Of a stretch of DNA of 63,268 bases, positions 35,935 to 49,231 are shown one piece after another. Source of the DNA: Camelus ferus (lineage: Eukaryota); the NCBI RefSeq assembly GCF_009834535.1, contig NC_045696.1:122390001-122453268 (forward strand). Reading direction: 5' to 3'. The notes under the pieces were generated by a model. The model had not been told where the DNA came from, did not search any database, and saw only the letters and a list, made by a program, of their open reading frames with translations. The position numbers and the translations under genes were made by a program. Within the stretch, counting starts at the first letter, position 1; the number at the start of each line of letters is the position of its first letter.

Positions 35935-38900
35935 GAGATTGGAGCTCAGTAACTGCCAGTGTCTTTTGGCCTGGGGATCCATTCATCCGTTGTTCTTTCA
36001 CCATCAGTCAACTGTAGTCACCCAAACTAACTTTGGAGGAAGAAGGGATGTCTCTGTTACTTCTGAGGCACTACATCTGCTCTGCAAGCCTAGGTTAAGT
36101 TCCCAGGGATGACCGAGGCCACTTGACCTCACTTTGAGAATTCTCTAATTAGAAACGTGGGGAGCTCTCATTCATGTTTGAAATGGGTACCCATTTGTAA
36201 CAGAGATCTTGAGCTGAGAGGACTTGGAAGTGAAAATATTTGTAGTTTGGAATTTGAATTTGTTTAGCCTGTCACTTGGAAGTTTGTGCTTCCATTTACC
36301 GAAAAAGGCCTGTTATTGCAACCTGAAATTTGTATTTGTATTTGTACTTCGTATTTGAAATAAGTTGCTTTGGGTTGTGCACCATCTGTTCCATTTAATA
36401 GCCCACTGGGTAAGATTTTGAATGACTGTCCTAATTATAGTTATGCACCTATGTCTAAGAAAAAGATGGTATTTTATTTTAATACTGCCTGAGTAATGTA
36501 CACTGTAGGATCTGGGGAACACTGGCCTGAAAATAGATTCTTAAATTACTACCCCATTTTCCAGTTAGAACTCTTTTGCCAGAGAAAAGGTAACTAGGAA
36601 TAAATACCATACATACAAGCATTTATGAAAGCCCATAATGAGAGAGGTAATGACTAAAAGGGCCCAGGCTTCTTAGCCACTTTAAATACCACTATTAACA
36701 ATTGCTACCCAAAAGCCTTAGGTACAACTGACAGTGGGATCTCAATTAGTGGGCTTTCTAACTTCTAAACTTCTAACTTCTAATCTTTTGTCCCAGTAAC
36801 AATGATTCAACTGCTGTTATGATGTCTGGAAAGTAAAGTTTGAAAGAGGGAGTAATTTGGAAACAAATAAAAATTTTAAATGTCTTCTATAGAAGTTAGT
36901 AAGAATGTTTAGCTATCTAGACAGGCAATTTTGATTTGTTCCATCTGCCAAAAACCTAATTTGAATCCAACATCTTGTAACTGATGAGTCTTACATTGTT
37001 ATACATTATTCATGGCCAGAAGTTTAAAATGGAATCTATGAGGCCTCTGTGTTTGCATGTATGTATGAACCTTAATGTGTGCTATATTTATGTGGCATTG
37101 TCAAAATTAATTTGTAAAAGAGCTCTATTTAATTGGCTTAAGGAAAATTAAATGCTTATATAAATACACAGAGATACAAAAGAAACTGGCCAGAATGAAA
37201 ATCCGGTTCATGTGATCTAAAAAATATTTCAGTACTGGATTGATACCTGGGATTTGAAGCTAGCTTAACTTATTGGTTTAATTAATAAGGACATGTCTCT
37301 AGATTCATTAATGTTAAGCATAAGACTTCTATTGTAATTAGGTTTGATAGGAGTCCAATAAGAGCTTGTCATATCTGTTACAAATTTGCCAGTGAAAACA
37401 AAACAAAACAAAACAAATAAAACAAACAAAAAAAATTTGGTATAATATTCTTGTAAGTAACTTAAATGCAAATGAGAAAAAAAGCTTTTTGGTGAACTAT
37501 TTAGGAACAATTATTTCAGGAATTTCTTCTCAAAAGAACTCCCCCAATATTTGGTAACTTAAAATTTTAGAGTGTTAAGTTAAGTTAAATGATGAAACTT
37601 ATTATATAGCTAGGTCATTTTCAGAAAAACATAAAATATTGATCCATTAATTGCTGTATATTGACTTCCTTTTACAGAGAAATAATAGATGAGTAGAAAT
37701 AAATATTAATAAATATTTAATGCCACCCTGAAATATGCTCTACTACTAAGGGAAACATCTCACTATGCTTGGAAAGTATGATGAATGCTTTCAGTAAAAT
37801 AAGGGATAATAAATGAGATTATATATTAAAAATGAAGAAGAAGAAGAAGAAGGAGAAGCAGAGAAGAAGGAGAAGAAGAAGAAGAAGAAGAAGAAGAAGA
37901 AGAAGAAGAGAAGAAGAAGAAGAAGAAGAAGAAGAAGGAGAAGAAGGAGGAGAAGGAGGAGAAGGAGGAGAAGGAGGAGAAGGAGGAGAAGGAGGAGAAG
38001 GAGGAGAAGGAGGAGAAGGAGGAGAAGGAGGAGAAGGAGGAGAAGGAGGAGAAGGAGGAGAAGGAGGAGAAGAGAAGGAGGAGAAGGAGGAGAAGAAGGA
38101 GAAGAATTAGTAGGAGGAGGAGGAGAGTGACTTTTACCTAAAGCATTGCTACTGAATGAGAAAGAAAAAAAAGGACAAAATAATATGGATTCAGAAAACT
38201 GTGGAAGGTTTGTAAAAGAGGAAACCTGAGAAAAGTGTTTTGTACATGGTCGGGATTGGCTACATTTAAACTAAATTTAGATAATAGAGTAAACCTTAGA
38301 AGTAAGCTGGTACAAGACTAGATTTGGTTCTCTTTCTCTCCATCGAAATAACAGTTTCCTTAAAATGTTAACCTGTTTAAAGTAATAGATTATATAGTTT
38401 ATTTTACCCCTCACGTGATCAATTCTGTACTTATTCTTGAAGTAAATTTATTGTTAATGAATAAGAATTGTTTCACAGTGACCTATACTTTTATCTGGCC
38501 AATGTTTTGAAATAATTTTAACAAGCTTCCCTAATATTAAATTTTAATCAGAATCCTGTTTATCTCCAGCTAATCATGGGTTGCTTCAGAGGGCCCCTGA
38601 AACATCGCAAAGAAAGCTTTTAATCTATAAATCTTCATTTGGTATGTTAAATGACATGGGGAGTATTTTCAAGTAAATAATAAATCTTCCCAGGTTATAT
38701 TGTGAAAAACTATTATTAATATAAATATTCTAGAAATTGTATGGAATCACTAAAAATCTGCCATGTCTGAAATGTTACCAGTCACATGTATGGTTATTGT
38801 AACCAGGATTTTCTTATCAATTACTATGTAACAATTTGTAAAACCACCCTTTTAAGCTTTTTGTCACTTATACACAGTTATTGTTTTATTCTGATGCTTT

Positions 38901-40895
38901 TGCAAATTGCTTTTTCTTCCAGGAGATTTGTTGGTTGCTGATAAATTTCAAGCTACAGCAATAAACTAAACTGGGTAAGAAATTTTAAAGGTCTGACAGA
39001 AACTCTGATATCATAAAACTGTTGACAACAAAAAGGATTAGTTATATGTGACAGAGTAAATTGATAACTCTGGTTATAAATTTGGCTCTGTCTAAAATAC
39101 TACCGGCTTTAATCTGTGTGCTCCAGATATAAAGAAGTCCTTCTTCTCAAGCAAATTATGACTTACAGCAATTCGGTTAAATATACCTTTGGAAGTAGAC
39201 TAAAACCCTTATATTTCCCCTCTATCTGATCCCTCCAGAGACTGGAAACTTTTCAGTTCCCAGTGGCTTTATCAGATACATTAGCAAGATACCCACTAGC
39301 AGGGACATAGAAATATGAAGGTATATTGAGGACCTTGAAGAAAAAAAGAATTCATGTAAATCTGTAAGACGAAGTCTGTGGCAAAATTTGACATGGCTTT
39401 CCTGGCCTTAGGAAAGCTTATTATAATTTTAGGCTGAGACACCTTATTAAAAGTTCTGACACAGCCAATTTACATGAGCCTATATGACCAACTAATCAAT
39501 TAATTTGTAGAGAAATTAATCTTGCTTTGGCTATACTTGATAAAGATGAGAGTAACTTTAGAGAGAAAAATATTATATTTTAGTGTATATTAAACTTTAA
39601 TTTTGTTAATTGTGGTCTATATTTACTAGGGATCACTTCCCGAATCATTCCTTGCTGGCATGGTACATTGCTGCAAAGTTTAATTGAATTATTAAAAAGA
39701 AACTCCAGATTTGCTTCTGAAGTTCATCAATCTATCTTTGGATGAAGTTCAGATGCCCTGTCACCTGCAACCAGGGATATACACATAATGGGACAGACAT
39801 GATTTAAAGAACTATCTTCAGCCAGAATGGGAGGACCCTTAGTCAGGTACTCTAAACTAGACCATGCACAGTGTAAGCTAAAAGAACCTGACTTCTGAAT
39901 TTCCACTCAGAAAGAACCCCTGTACTGGACCTGCCTATAGAGGAATGCCCACCTTAAAACAAGGCTCACATAGAGAAGAAGCTAACAGACCAGGATGAGA
40001 AGAAGGTGACATCTGAGGTATACAGCTGACCCAAGACACCGGACCAGACCTGTACACCAATTACTTTGATAATTGCTCATACCTTTGCTTATGAACAATG
40101 CTGGCATAACATTTTCCTTAAAGAGAAGGATTGGTACAAAACAGACAAGTCAGATGAAATGAGGATATACTGAGCCACACCTAATGAAATTTCTTGGCTT
40201 AAATTCTCACTTATGACCTTACAACAATTGCTATCTATATTATTTGTATTTTGTGAGTTTTACCAAATTGTTGTTTCTTGCATTACCGATTGTGTGATTG
40301 AGCCTCTGAGAAAATAATGACTAGGCAACTTGAGAGAGTAGATGAGACATATAATTCTGTATGAGACCAATCATTGTAGTAGTGTGACTCTAGATATGGG
40401 AAGAAGCAACAAGAGGGACTATTCTACTGGACCATGGCAGACTGGTAAGAAAAGTGGTCCAGAGAAATTTTGCTCCTGAAAGTAAGGCCTAGTCCCATAA
40501 TAGCACACTGAGTGGCCTATCAGTGAAATCCCCTCCTGACCTAGGAATAAGCATTTCTAGCACTGTGGGGTGAAATGGTCATGCCAGGCCATGGTCAAAT
40601 TTCTGATCATGAGGGCACACACCATCTGCTTCCACAAGGTTTGGGTCACCTTGGCCCTCACCATCTACCTCTGCTTGGATTCAATCATGAGCCAGTGTAG
40701 CTGCTGACCTCCAAATCATGCCAAAAGGGGTTCAGGGTGGTGATCGAGAATGAGGCAACTCTGCTCTGGAAAAACAGGGGGAACAGGCCTTCAGATAGTT
40801 AGATATTTTCAGGAGAAGATTTTATGAGCCCAAATTTTTGCATCGCTTCATATCTAGAAAAGCAGTAAAATCATTAATGGTGACATTTGCTTTGG
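35935..40895 (+). mobile_element. Non-autonomous ERV1 (MER4-group-like) internal region with integrase C-terminal and env-tail remnants, then a partial LTR (~40620-40895)
   Basis: MER4-int-type motifs GAGCTCTATTTAATTGGCTTAA and CAGAGGGCCCCTGAAACATC. At 39760-39920, decayed HLQPG...LQP.W.GP.QVL (integrase GPY/F region). Hydrophobic env-TM-like stretch at ~40215-40290. LTR-like AGCTGCTGACCT...GTTCAGGGTGG...CTTCAGATAGTTAGATATTTTCAGGAGAAG. Confidence 0.75.
37834..38125. repeat. Polypurine microsatellite: (GAA)n grading into (GGAGAAGGA)n
   Basis: Directly visible; almost purely A/G on the + strand for ~270 bp. Confidence 0.97.
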
Positions 40896-41597
40896 CCGCT
40901 AAGGAGAGAAATGCATTTGAAAATCAAAATGGAATAACTAGTCCAGACATCCACGGTAAAGCCAGGTAACCAGTATACATGTGATTTCAGACAAGTTTGT
41001 TGCTGAGAGATTGAGTTTTGTCACTGAGTGATATCAAAATTGGGAAACCACCAGCCATTTTGAAAGCCGTGTGTGCTGGCAACTTGTAACTGCAAACTTA
41101 TGGGCTTAAGTTGTCCTCTTGTATTTATTGAGTTCCTAGATCCATACTGCCTGTTGTACTTTCATACCAGATGCATCCAGGAACATCACAACTGCCCTGG
41201 AGGACATGAAGCAACAAATGCATAATGTACGGAATTCAGGGGTATAAGGGGGAGAAGTTACATCTCAAGTAACTGGTTTTCTGGCCTCTTTCCATGCATG
41301 CACTAAGGTCTCAAATCCATTCTTAGGGGAATTCTACAGTTTCCAATATCCCTTCTGTTAACAAAAGTTTGTGTATGTATAATGTTTAGACTAACAGGCT
41401 TTGTTGTCTAATGTGTGGGAAAGGAGAGTCCAAGGTTCTTTTGGAACCCCCAGGCACATGGGGAGATCAGGTTCACTCATTCCATCTCAAGAACCCCCAA
41501 ATGATGTCCTCATTCAGCAGGAAGCAGCCAAATATGCGTGACTCTCATTTCCCTATTTCCGTAGAATTGGAATGAGAGAACCTGACAGTGGGGAATT
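40896..41597 (+). mobile_element. 3' internal end of a second ERV1: env TM remnant and polypurine-tract region
   Basis: 41140-41247 reads IHTACCTFIPDASRNITTALEDMKQQMHNV (distal half of the gamma-type TM CX6CC region). CAGCAGGAAGCAG motif. GACAGTGGGGAATT directly precedes the LTR TG. Confidence 0.7.
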
Positions 41598-42191
41598 TGA
41601 AGGAGGAATAATAAAATGACTGCACTCGGGCTAACAGACTCTGGGCTTTATGCTTGTTCCTTGCCCTTAGAAGGGTGAGAAGACCACTTATTATTCACAG
41701 ACCCGGGCCTACCGTTAAAACCAAATCTGTTGAATTTACTATTTCTTCTTCATCCTGGTAATCAAAGTTATAATCATTCTCGGCATACGGGTTGTTCTCC
41801 AGGAAGGTTACAGGACTGTAAATGTAGAAATGAGCCTAAATTTCCAAGAAGACAGGGCCTTGAGCACTTAGAAGTTAAAGAGATGGAATGAGTGATAACC
41901 AATAGGCCCTATAGGCTTGGTCACCTGGAGACAACATGACAACCCTCTGCATCTTATCCCTAGAAGGAAGTAATTCTGTTGATTGTTATCAATGTTTTTT
42001 TTTTTGTTTCACTATGTTCTACCATCATCCTCTCCCATCCTCAAAATGGATCCACTGTTTTGAAGGCACAAGCCGACTGTGAGTGTCCTTTGCCTAGCAA
42101 AGCAATAAAGCTGGCTCTTTTCTTCTAAGCTCTAAGGGTTGTCTCTGAGTTAATTTGGCTCATCACGGATGGGGCCAATAATTTGGCAATG
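41598..42191 (+). mobile_element. ERV1 3' LTR
   Basis: Starts TGAAGGAGG after the PPT-like tract; CCAAT at ~41899; GCAATAAAGC poly(A) signal at ~42102; ends TTTGGCAATG (decayed ...GGCAACA). Confidence 0.75.
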
Positions 42192-45100
42192 GTACTGCAA
42201 TATAAATTTACTGCTTATGAATAGCAGTTGGGATTAGTTGAATTGGTTTGCTCTGATCACTAAGGTTCACTATTTAGGAAAGAGAATTTTAGGATTTCTC
42301 TTGGTCCCTGATAAAGTCTGAAGGACTAGCCATTGTTCTGAGTTCTAAAATGCCAGAAATTTACTTGGCCTTTAGTTTTACCTCATTGAGTTAATTAGGC
42401 TCAGTCTCAGGTCATTCTTTGTTGCATTTATATTTTTGAGTTGTAAGACAAAGATAGTTGCTTTTAGTTTCCCAAAGAACTGGTCTGTCACCTAAGTCCA
42501 ACTGTTATCTCCTTCCTATGCTTTCCTGTATCAATGAGAAAACCTCAAAACAAAGAGCCCCATGCTTTAAAATTTTGGGGTTTACTTTATCAACTCTTCA
42601 AAGGCTTGTATGAGGCATTTAACAAAGACTCTCTTTTTTGAGTACAGGTTAATCCAAGTTTAAATCTCTAAGTTATTTTTTTAAACTGGTCCCTGAATAT
42701 TAGATTTTAAACAACTTTACATTGTACAGCTCAGGTAACCCCATTGGTTTCTTTGCTATGTTTAATTAATATTTCCTGAGGGGCAGATTTCTGTGCCCAG
42801 TCTTAGCATACCAAGCAGGGTGAGGATTCCCACTTGAAATAGACCTATCCCACAACATAATTAAACAAAAGAAGTTTATATAATGAAAATTTACATATCC
42901 CAATTTTATAAATGTTATCCCAATTTTATCAACTTACACATTTATTTTTAGATTTTATTAGGTTTATTCAATGTCTTGTTTTAAAAAGAGTCCTAGAAGC
43001 TTTGATTTCTTTTTATCTATTGTCCATTTTATATAAAAGTCTATGGCGTACCCAAGTTTGAACCGAAGGCCTTAGGCTCTTGTCAATCTTCAAATTTGAT
43101 TAACTGGTCCATCTATTGCCCCAATTGTTGATCAGGTATCTCAGAATATATCTATCTTTTTCAGCTCTGTAAAACTGGTGTAAGAAGAGTAGACTTGTTT
43201 GAATGTTTATGTTGGGGACCACTAGGTGGTCCCTTTGGTCTTTTTAATCTTACATATTGTAGTATCCAAAACTTGTGTCTTAATCCATAAATGTCCATTT
43301 AGTTTATCCGTTTTAAATTATTATCTGAGAAATGTTTATCCACTTGAGATAAATCCCTTATTTTTCTCCTGTTAACAAACAAACAAACGAAAACTTTAGA
43401 ATACTTCTGAAGTCTTTTCCCCAGTGTCTCAACCTAATTAACATAAATTATTCTAATGTGTGTTTTAGCATCTCTGAAAACAATTGAGGGCAAGGGGAAA
43501 ACACAAATGTAGATTTCCAAACCAGATTCTTGTTTTAAACTAAGGGAGCTCAGTCTAACCATTAGATATATACTTTAAACTTGATTGATTTTTATTGATA
43601 CCAATAAAACAGCTGTTTTAAATGAAGACTCTCTAAACTTTTACCAACTTAGGAGTTTCTCTAATTTAAAGGATTTATCATCTGGCCATCATATTTTATT
43701 ATTAAAACGATAAGATAAAGAGGCTTTCCCACAAGAGAGTTGGGGGTGCCTCCTAAATAAATTTCAAACCTTTATTTCTCAGAAAGTAAAGGCCACCATG
43801 GCACAAGCCGACGGAACAAAGTTTAAGATGGCAAAATAGCTGAGAATCAATACAATAAAAGGATTGTTCAGAATTCGAATTTATTTGTTTGGGCACCATA
43901 TGTATACGACATTTATACTATTTGATGGCAGAGAAGAAGATTTTAAATAAGAAAACAAAGAAACAAACAAACAAACAAACAAACAAAAATACATACATAC
44001 ACACATGCATCCAAAATACCCACAGGGAAAAAAACAAAAAAAGAAAAACTTACACTTCAAGGACACAGGAAAAGAAATATGAGGTCCCATGAATAGGTCA
44101 AAATTCTGAAACAAATGTATTTATAAAGCCAGCTTCTTTTTTAAAATTTTTTTTTCTTTCCTACTTTTAGGTTTAGAAGCTCTATTACCCATTCTAAGGT
44201 TGGGTTGTCATAATAAAATTGTTAGTCTTCTTCCCCATGGGGACAGCAACATGATGTAAATTCTTTGCCTCCACCAGTCCTGTAAATTTTTAGTCCCCTG
44301 AGAAATCGACTGCCCTCCAGGAAGAGGGTCACATCTTTGGAGTCAAATGGCTTCTCATAAATTTTCACTTTATACCCAACAAGTTCAATGGAGGTAGCCA
44401 ACTTGAGGAAAGCATTAGACCAGCCTCTTACATAACCACTCAGTCCAGACCCCGCTATATTTCAACCAAGCCCCATCTGGGAGGTCTCCATTGGTTGGAT
44501 ATGTAGACTGAATAAATGCGCAGCCAAAAAGTTAAAAGTTATGTTTTATTTGGCGGGAGGACTTGAGCCAGGATGACAGCCTCTCAGATGGCTCTGAGGG
44601 ACTGCCCCGAAGAGGTAGGGGAGGAGCTAGGATATGTAGGAGCCTTACAACAAAGACCAGGTTGTTGGAACAATAGAAGATTATTTGTTATCTAAAGAAA
44701 ACCGGGCATCTCAAGTTAAAGAGCGTAGTGCTTTTCTATGTATGGGAGGAAGCATACATTTGGGCTCACTGAATTCATTCCTTTGGCAAGCACCTAGCTA
44801 TCTCGGGCCAGTATCCTGTCCTTCCTTATTCTGAGTCCGCTCAGAGGGCACCATTGTGAGTGGCTGCAGAGGCTGGGCTGCAGGTCTGTCCCTACTGGGG
44901 GGTGGCGGTAGCACAGATGACTTGTTTTCAGCATTCTTTGTTTACTGATCTTTGCAGTATATTCACTCAGATACTTCCCTGGTATCTTTCAACCAGCCCC
45001 ACCTAGTTTGACTTCTCAAAGTGGGTATTTCCTTAGTATCCTTCCACCAGACCCCACCCAACTGGTCTCCACTGGGTGGGTATTCCCCCCAGTATCTTTC

Positions 45101-45324
45101 ATCAGGAGGGCAAGGTACCTGGATACACCACTAAATAAATCTCAGGATGCTCAACCAATATGGGAGATCTGAGAATCAGGAGAGACTCATCCAAGTTCAT
45201 CTGGAATCCCTGAATAGGCAGATGAACACAAAGGTCCTCTGCTGGTACCAAGGCTCTGTTTTCTCATAGAGTTCAGGTGAAGCAGAGAAGTCTGCTCTGT
45301 GTGAATTCATGGGGACACGAAAAC
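42192..45324 (-). mobile_element. ERV1 internal (leader/gag-side) region belonging to the 45325-45813 LTR
   Basis: Directly abuts the LTR 3' end with a degenerate PBS-like sequence (minus: GTTTTCGTGTCCCCATGAA). The leader contains three ~55-bp tandem units. No intact ORF. Confidence 0.6.
44502..44969 (-). mobile_element. ERV1 solo LTR (family C), TSD GATA, inserted in the ERV leader
   Basis: TGTAGACTG...CACTCA termini; GATA at 44498-44501 and 44970-44973; homologous to 45325-45813. Confidence 0.9.
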
Positions 45325-45813
45325 TGTCAACTGAAATACTCTCATAGCCTAAAAGTCAAGAGTTATGTTTTACTTGGCTGGCATTTCTGAGGAATTGAGC
45401 CCAGGATGGCAGCCTCCTGAATCACTCTGAGGGACTGCTCTGAAGATGTAGGGGAGGAGCCAGGATAAATAGGAATTTTACAACAAAGACCAGGTAGTGG
45501 GAACATTAAAACATTACTTGTTCACTGAAGACTAGACATCTCAACTTAAATAATTTAGCACTATTCTTTGTATGTGAGGAAGCAATTGTTTGAGCTCATT
45601 CAAACCATTCCTTTGACAAGCACCAAGCTAACTAGGGCCAGTGTCCTGTCCTTTCTTTTTCTGAGTCCCCTCAGAGTGCACCATTGTGGGTGGCTGCAGA
45701 GGCCAGGCTGCAGGCTTGTTTTCAATGTGGGGTGTGGTGGCAGTAGCTTCTGATGACTTGATGGCTTTAGCATTCCTTGTTTATTGTTATGGTTTGCAGT
45801 ATTTTTTCCTTCA
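45325..45813 (-). mobile_element. ERV1 5' LTR (family C)
   Basis: TGTCAACTGAAA...CCTTCA; shares CTCTGAGGGACTGC, TAGGGGAGGAGC, ACAACAAAGACCAGG and CACCATTGTG..TGGCTGCAGAGGC with 44502-44969. Confidence 0.88.
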
Positions 45814-46519
45814 GATATAGAACTAGTGTTCAAAATTTCAAATCACTTAATCATACCAAATGTTGAACCAGGGTAAGCAAATTACCTTTGTCTAAGAGAA
45901 TTTTCTCCTATCTCTATGGCAAGCAGGTGTTTACAGCATAACGCCAGGTGCCTAAGACTTAAACCCCTACTTCCATGGTGACTTCAAAGCATTATCTTCC
46001 CTGATATTCTCATTTGAAAGGGAAGGCTGGAAGGACATTAAGAAAGACTTTTTGAAGTTGTCATACTGCCAAGGGGCTTATTTAGCTCCTTAAAAACTTA
46101 TCCACACATCAGAAGAACAGAGAAAAAAATTACAAGTTTCTAAAAGGAAATAATCTAAGGCACAGGTGAAGAAAGAATCACTTGCTCATTTTGGCAGGAA
46201 AGGAAGCAGGGATATTCCTTTCCCATGGTCTCTCAGTCTCACAAAATGTTCCTGAACAAACATGAAGAACACCTTCAAGTGCTAACAAACAGTGGCCTAA
46301 AATTACTCCTTTTATTTCCATGTAACACTGCTGTTTTCTTGTTAATCTCCCTAATTTAATCTACCATTTTTGTGTTGTCTCAATCAAAATATGAGCAGAA
46401 CTTGCTGATCATTTGAATCAACATAGGGGTTTTAAAGAATAGCAGTAAGATCCCAAGAAAACAGAACTGAATGTAACCTAGAAATTCTGAGGGGAAAGAT
46501 AATGAGGAAACAGTCGCCC

Positions 46520-47074
46520 TGTTACTGAACATAGGTATGACTGGTTGCTTACCACACAAAACCCAGATATCTGAGAGGCAAGTGTCAGTAGAAAAGAAAA
46601 GTGCTTTAATCAGAAAACCTGGTGATCTGGGGGGAAGGTGAACTCGGCTTCTGAGATGAGACCAATTCCAAAGATTCTGATAAATCGTGACAGTTTTAAA
46701 GGGAGATGTGGGTGGCCGGGTGGAAGATTCACGGGGGTAGAAGATTGGATACTTCATCATTCTCCATTGTGTGCAGACGGGCTGACTCTCCTCAGATCAT
46801 GGTTGCCTTGCACCGTGATCTCCCTGCAGGATTGCTAAGAGGGCTATTGCGGTTAGAGAGCTGGTCATTCTTTAACTGCTGAGTTCTTCACTCTTACTTC
46901 TTTTTGTCTAGGAGAAGAACCAGCAGAGTAGGCAAGGCTTGGTGGGCATTCAGGAGAGCATAAGCCAGGAGTTCGGTTACATTTCCTAGTGATCTCATTT
47001 CTACAATTAGGGTTCCTCAAGGATACACGGGGACAGAATTGGGCAAACAGGAAAGGAGAAAAGGGGTGCTTTCA
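46520..47074 (-). mobile_element. ERV1 solo LTR (family B, copy 2), TSD GCCC/TCCC (1 mismatch)
   Basis: TGTTACTGAA...GCTTTCA termini; homologous to 32915-33385. Confidence 0.85.
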
Positions 47075-47139
47075 TCCCTAGCAGAAAATAGAACATTAAG
47101 TTTATAATTACTCTAATTGCCACTACACAGTCTTACTTT

Positions 47140-47710
47140 TATGATTAGAATTTAAGAGAGCAACAATTCCAAATTTTGCTAAACATTTTGGTTTGCAAAC
47201 ATGGAGATCTCATATATTGTCGGTGGAAATATGAAGTGGTACACACGCTGTGGAAATTCTTGGGAAGCTTTCCACAAAATTAACAATACCATCACCCCGT
47301 AACCCAGAATCTTCACTCCTAGTGTTGGGCCTGGGTGAACTGTCTACTCAGAGACATGAACTCCACTTTTCAAGGTAGCTGTATTGATGAAAACCCTCAA
47401 ACCAAAAATAACTCAAATACCCTTCAACAGCAGTTTACATAAACCGCTGTAGAGTCATACAAAATTAAATCTAAGTGAAAGAAGGTGCTATACAAGCTGT
47501 ACGGTTCTATTTATACATAGTTCAAGCTCAGGCAAAACTAATCACCTACGATAGAGATTATGCCATTGATGGGAAAATTAATGACAAAGAAACACAGCAA
47601 GCCTAATTGGAATGGCAGTTACTCAGTTACAAGTAGTTCTTAAAACTCACCATCCTGCTAACTTAAGATCTGGGCATGATATCTCATTTAGTTTTATATT
47701 TGTGCTTTAT
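47140..47710 (+). mobile_element. Ancient L1ME-type 3' fragment
   Basis: CTCATATATTGTCGGTGGAAATATGAAGTGGTACA...TTCTATTTATACATAGTTCAAG..CAGGCAAAACTAATC...ACTTAAGATCTG. Confidence 0.65.
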
Positions 47711-47984
47711 TTTTTTTTTTTTGTGGTACTCCAATATGAAACATGGTATTAATTTAATTGAAATATGAGAATTCTTTGTTGAATCATTACAGTCACAAAC
47801 AGATCAACATACATATAGAAAATGGGGTGTATGATAAAGTGACTTGTTTCAGTGAGAAATGCATTACCTAGTTGAATGGTTAATGAATAAACATTCATTT
47901 AAATAAGTAATGATACCTTCATGACACTTCTACCAAAATATTTAACACATGGAGCAATTATTTTCATATTAATGACAACTGGTA

Positions 47985-49196
47985 TCTAGCTCTTTAATAA
48001 TGCCAACATCCCTTTTATGTACCATATATATATTTCCTCATTGAATCCAATATATTTTAAATTCCTTATGTAGCCTTTGCAGCATCCCACGGAGGTAAGT
48101 TTTGTTGATATTAATAAAAATTGATATTGTTACTTGTTAGATTTTTACTAATGCTGACTTATGTTCTGAGTACTTGGTTTTACTTTCCCTCAGTCAATCT
48201 TATAAACCTAAACTTAAATTTTGTTATTATTTTAGTCTTATTGTTAATATTATTCTTACTGTAAGTTGTTTAGTAATGGTGACATCCCTTCTAAATACAT
48301 TATATATATTGACTGATGACATTGTTTTACACAGTAACTTATTTAGGCTTCACAGCAACCTGTTGTCATTGTTGTTGTTATTTTTTTTCTTATAAACTAT
48401 TAATAATTAATTATTTATAAAAAACTCTGCCCTAAGTATTTTGTATAATTTAACTCTGAACCATTATACATCTGAAATTATTTAGACCTTACACCACGTC
48501 ATATGCATAGGTTTTGTTTTCGTTGTTGTTGTTTTTCTTCATCTTCCCTCTACTCTTCCTCCTCTAACTCCTTCTTCTCCTCCTTTTACTCCTTCTTCCC
48601 CTTCTCCTTCTTATTCTTCCCCTCCCACTCCTCCTTCTAAATACTAGTTAGTTCTTAATAATGCTAACCTCTTCTTTAATTCCTAATACACTTTAAGGTA
48701 TTTATTTATTCTTCAATGCACCCCAGATGTTCAGGTGCTGCTGCTGTAGTTGTATTACTAGTATTAAAATTATGTCTATTTAGTTGCATACAAATACAAT
48801 CTATGCTCTACATCCTTTATTGACGTTTATTCTGGGCCCTTCATACCTTAACTTATTCACTTATCAGAGCATTCCATTGAAGTAGGCTTTTTTATTATCA
48901 TTATTATATCATTTTCATTAAAATTATGACCATTTGGTCTTTTAGTCAACCCGAACTCTGACTTGATATGTTACAAACACTTAATTTTTGAATTATACAT
49001 CCTAACTTATTTAGAGCTCACAGTATCCCAATGAGGTTGGGTTTGCTTTTATTTACCAATAATATCACTGTTACTACTAGTTGTGCTTCATAATGCCCAT
49101 TTCTATTCTACATATTTGGTATATATTTATTCATTGAATTTATATATTTTGATTTATCTACTCTTCCCTACATCACAGTGAGGGAATTTTCGCTTG

Positions 49197-49231
<35 letters not shown>

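Noticed and set aside
37813..38130. Poly-K/R and poly-E/G ORFs (protamine-like look)
   Set aside because: Artefact of a stop-free purine microsatellite inside an ERV.
44502..45813. Mini-provirus (two LTRs, 355-bp interior, outer GATA TSD)
   Set aside because: The left LTR has GATA on both sides and splits a 55-bp leader unit; there is no PPT beside it, and ERV interior continues leftward.
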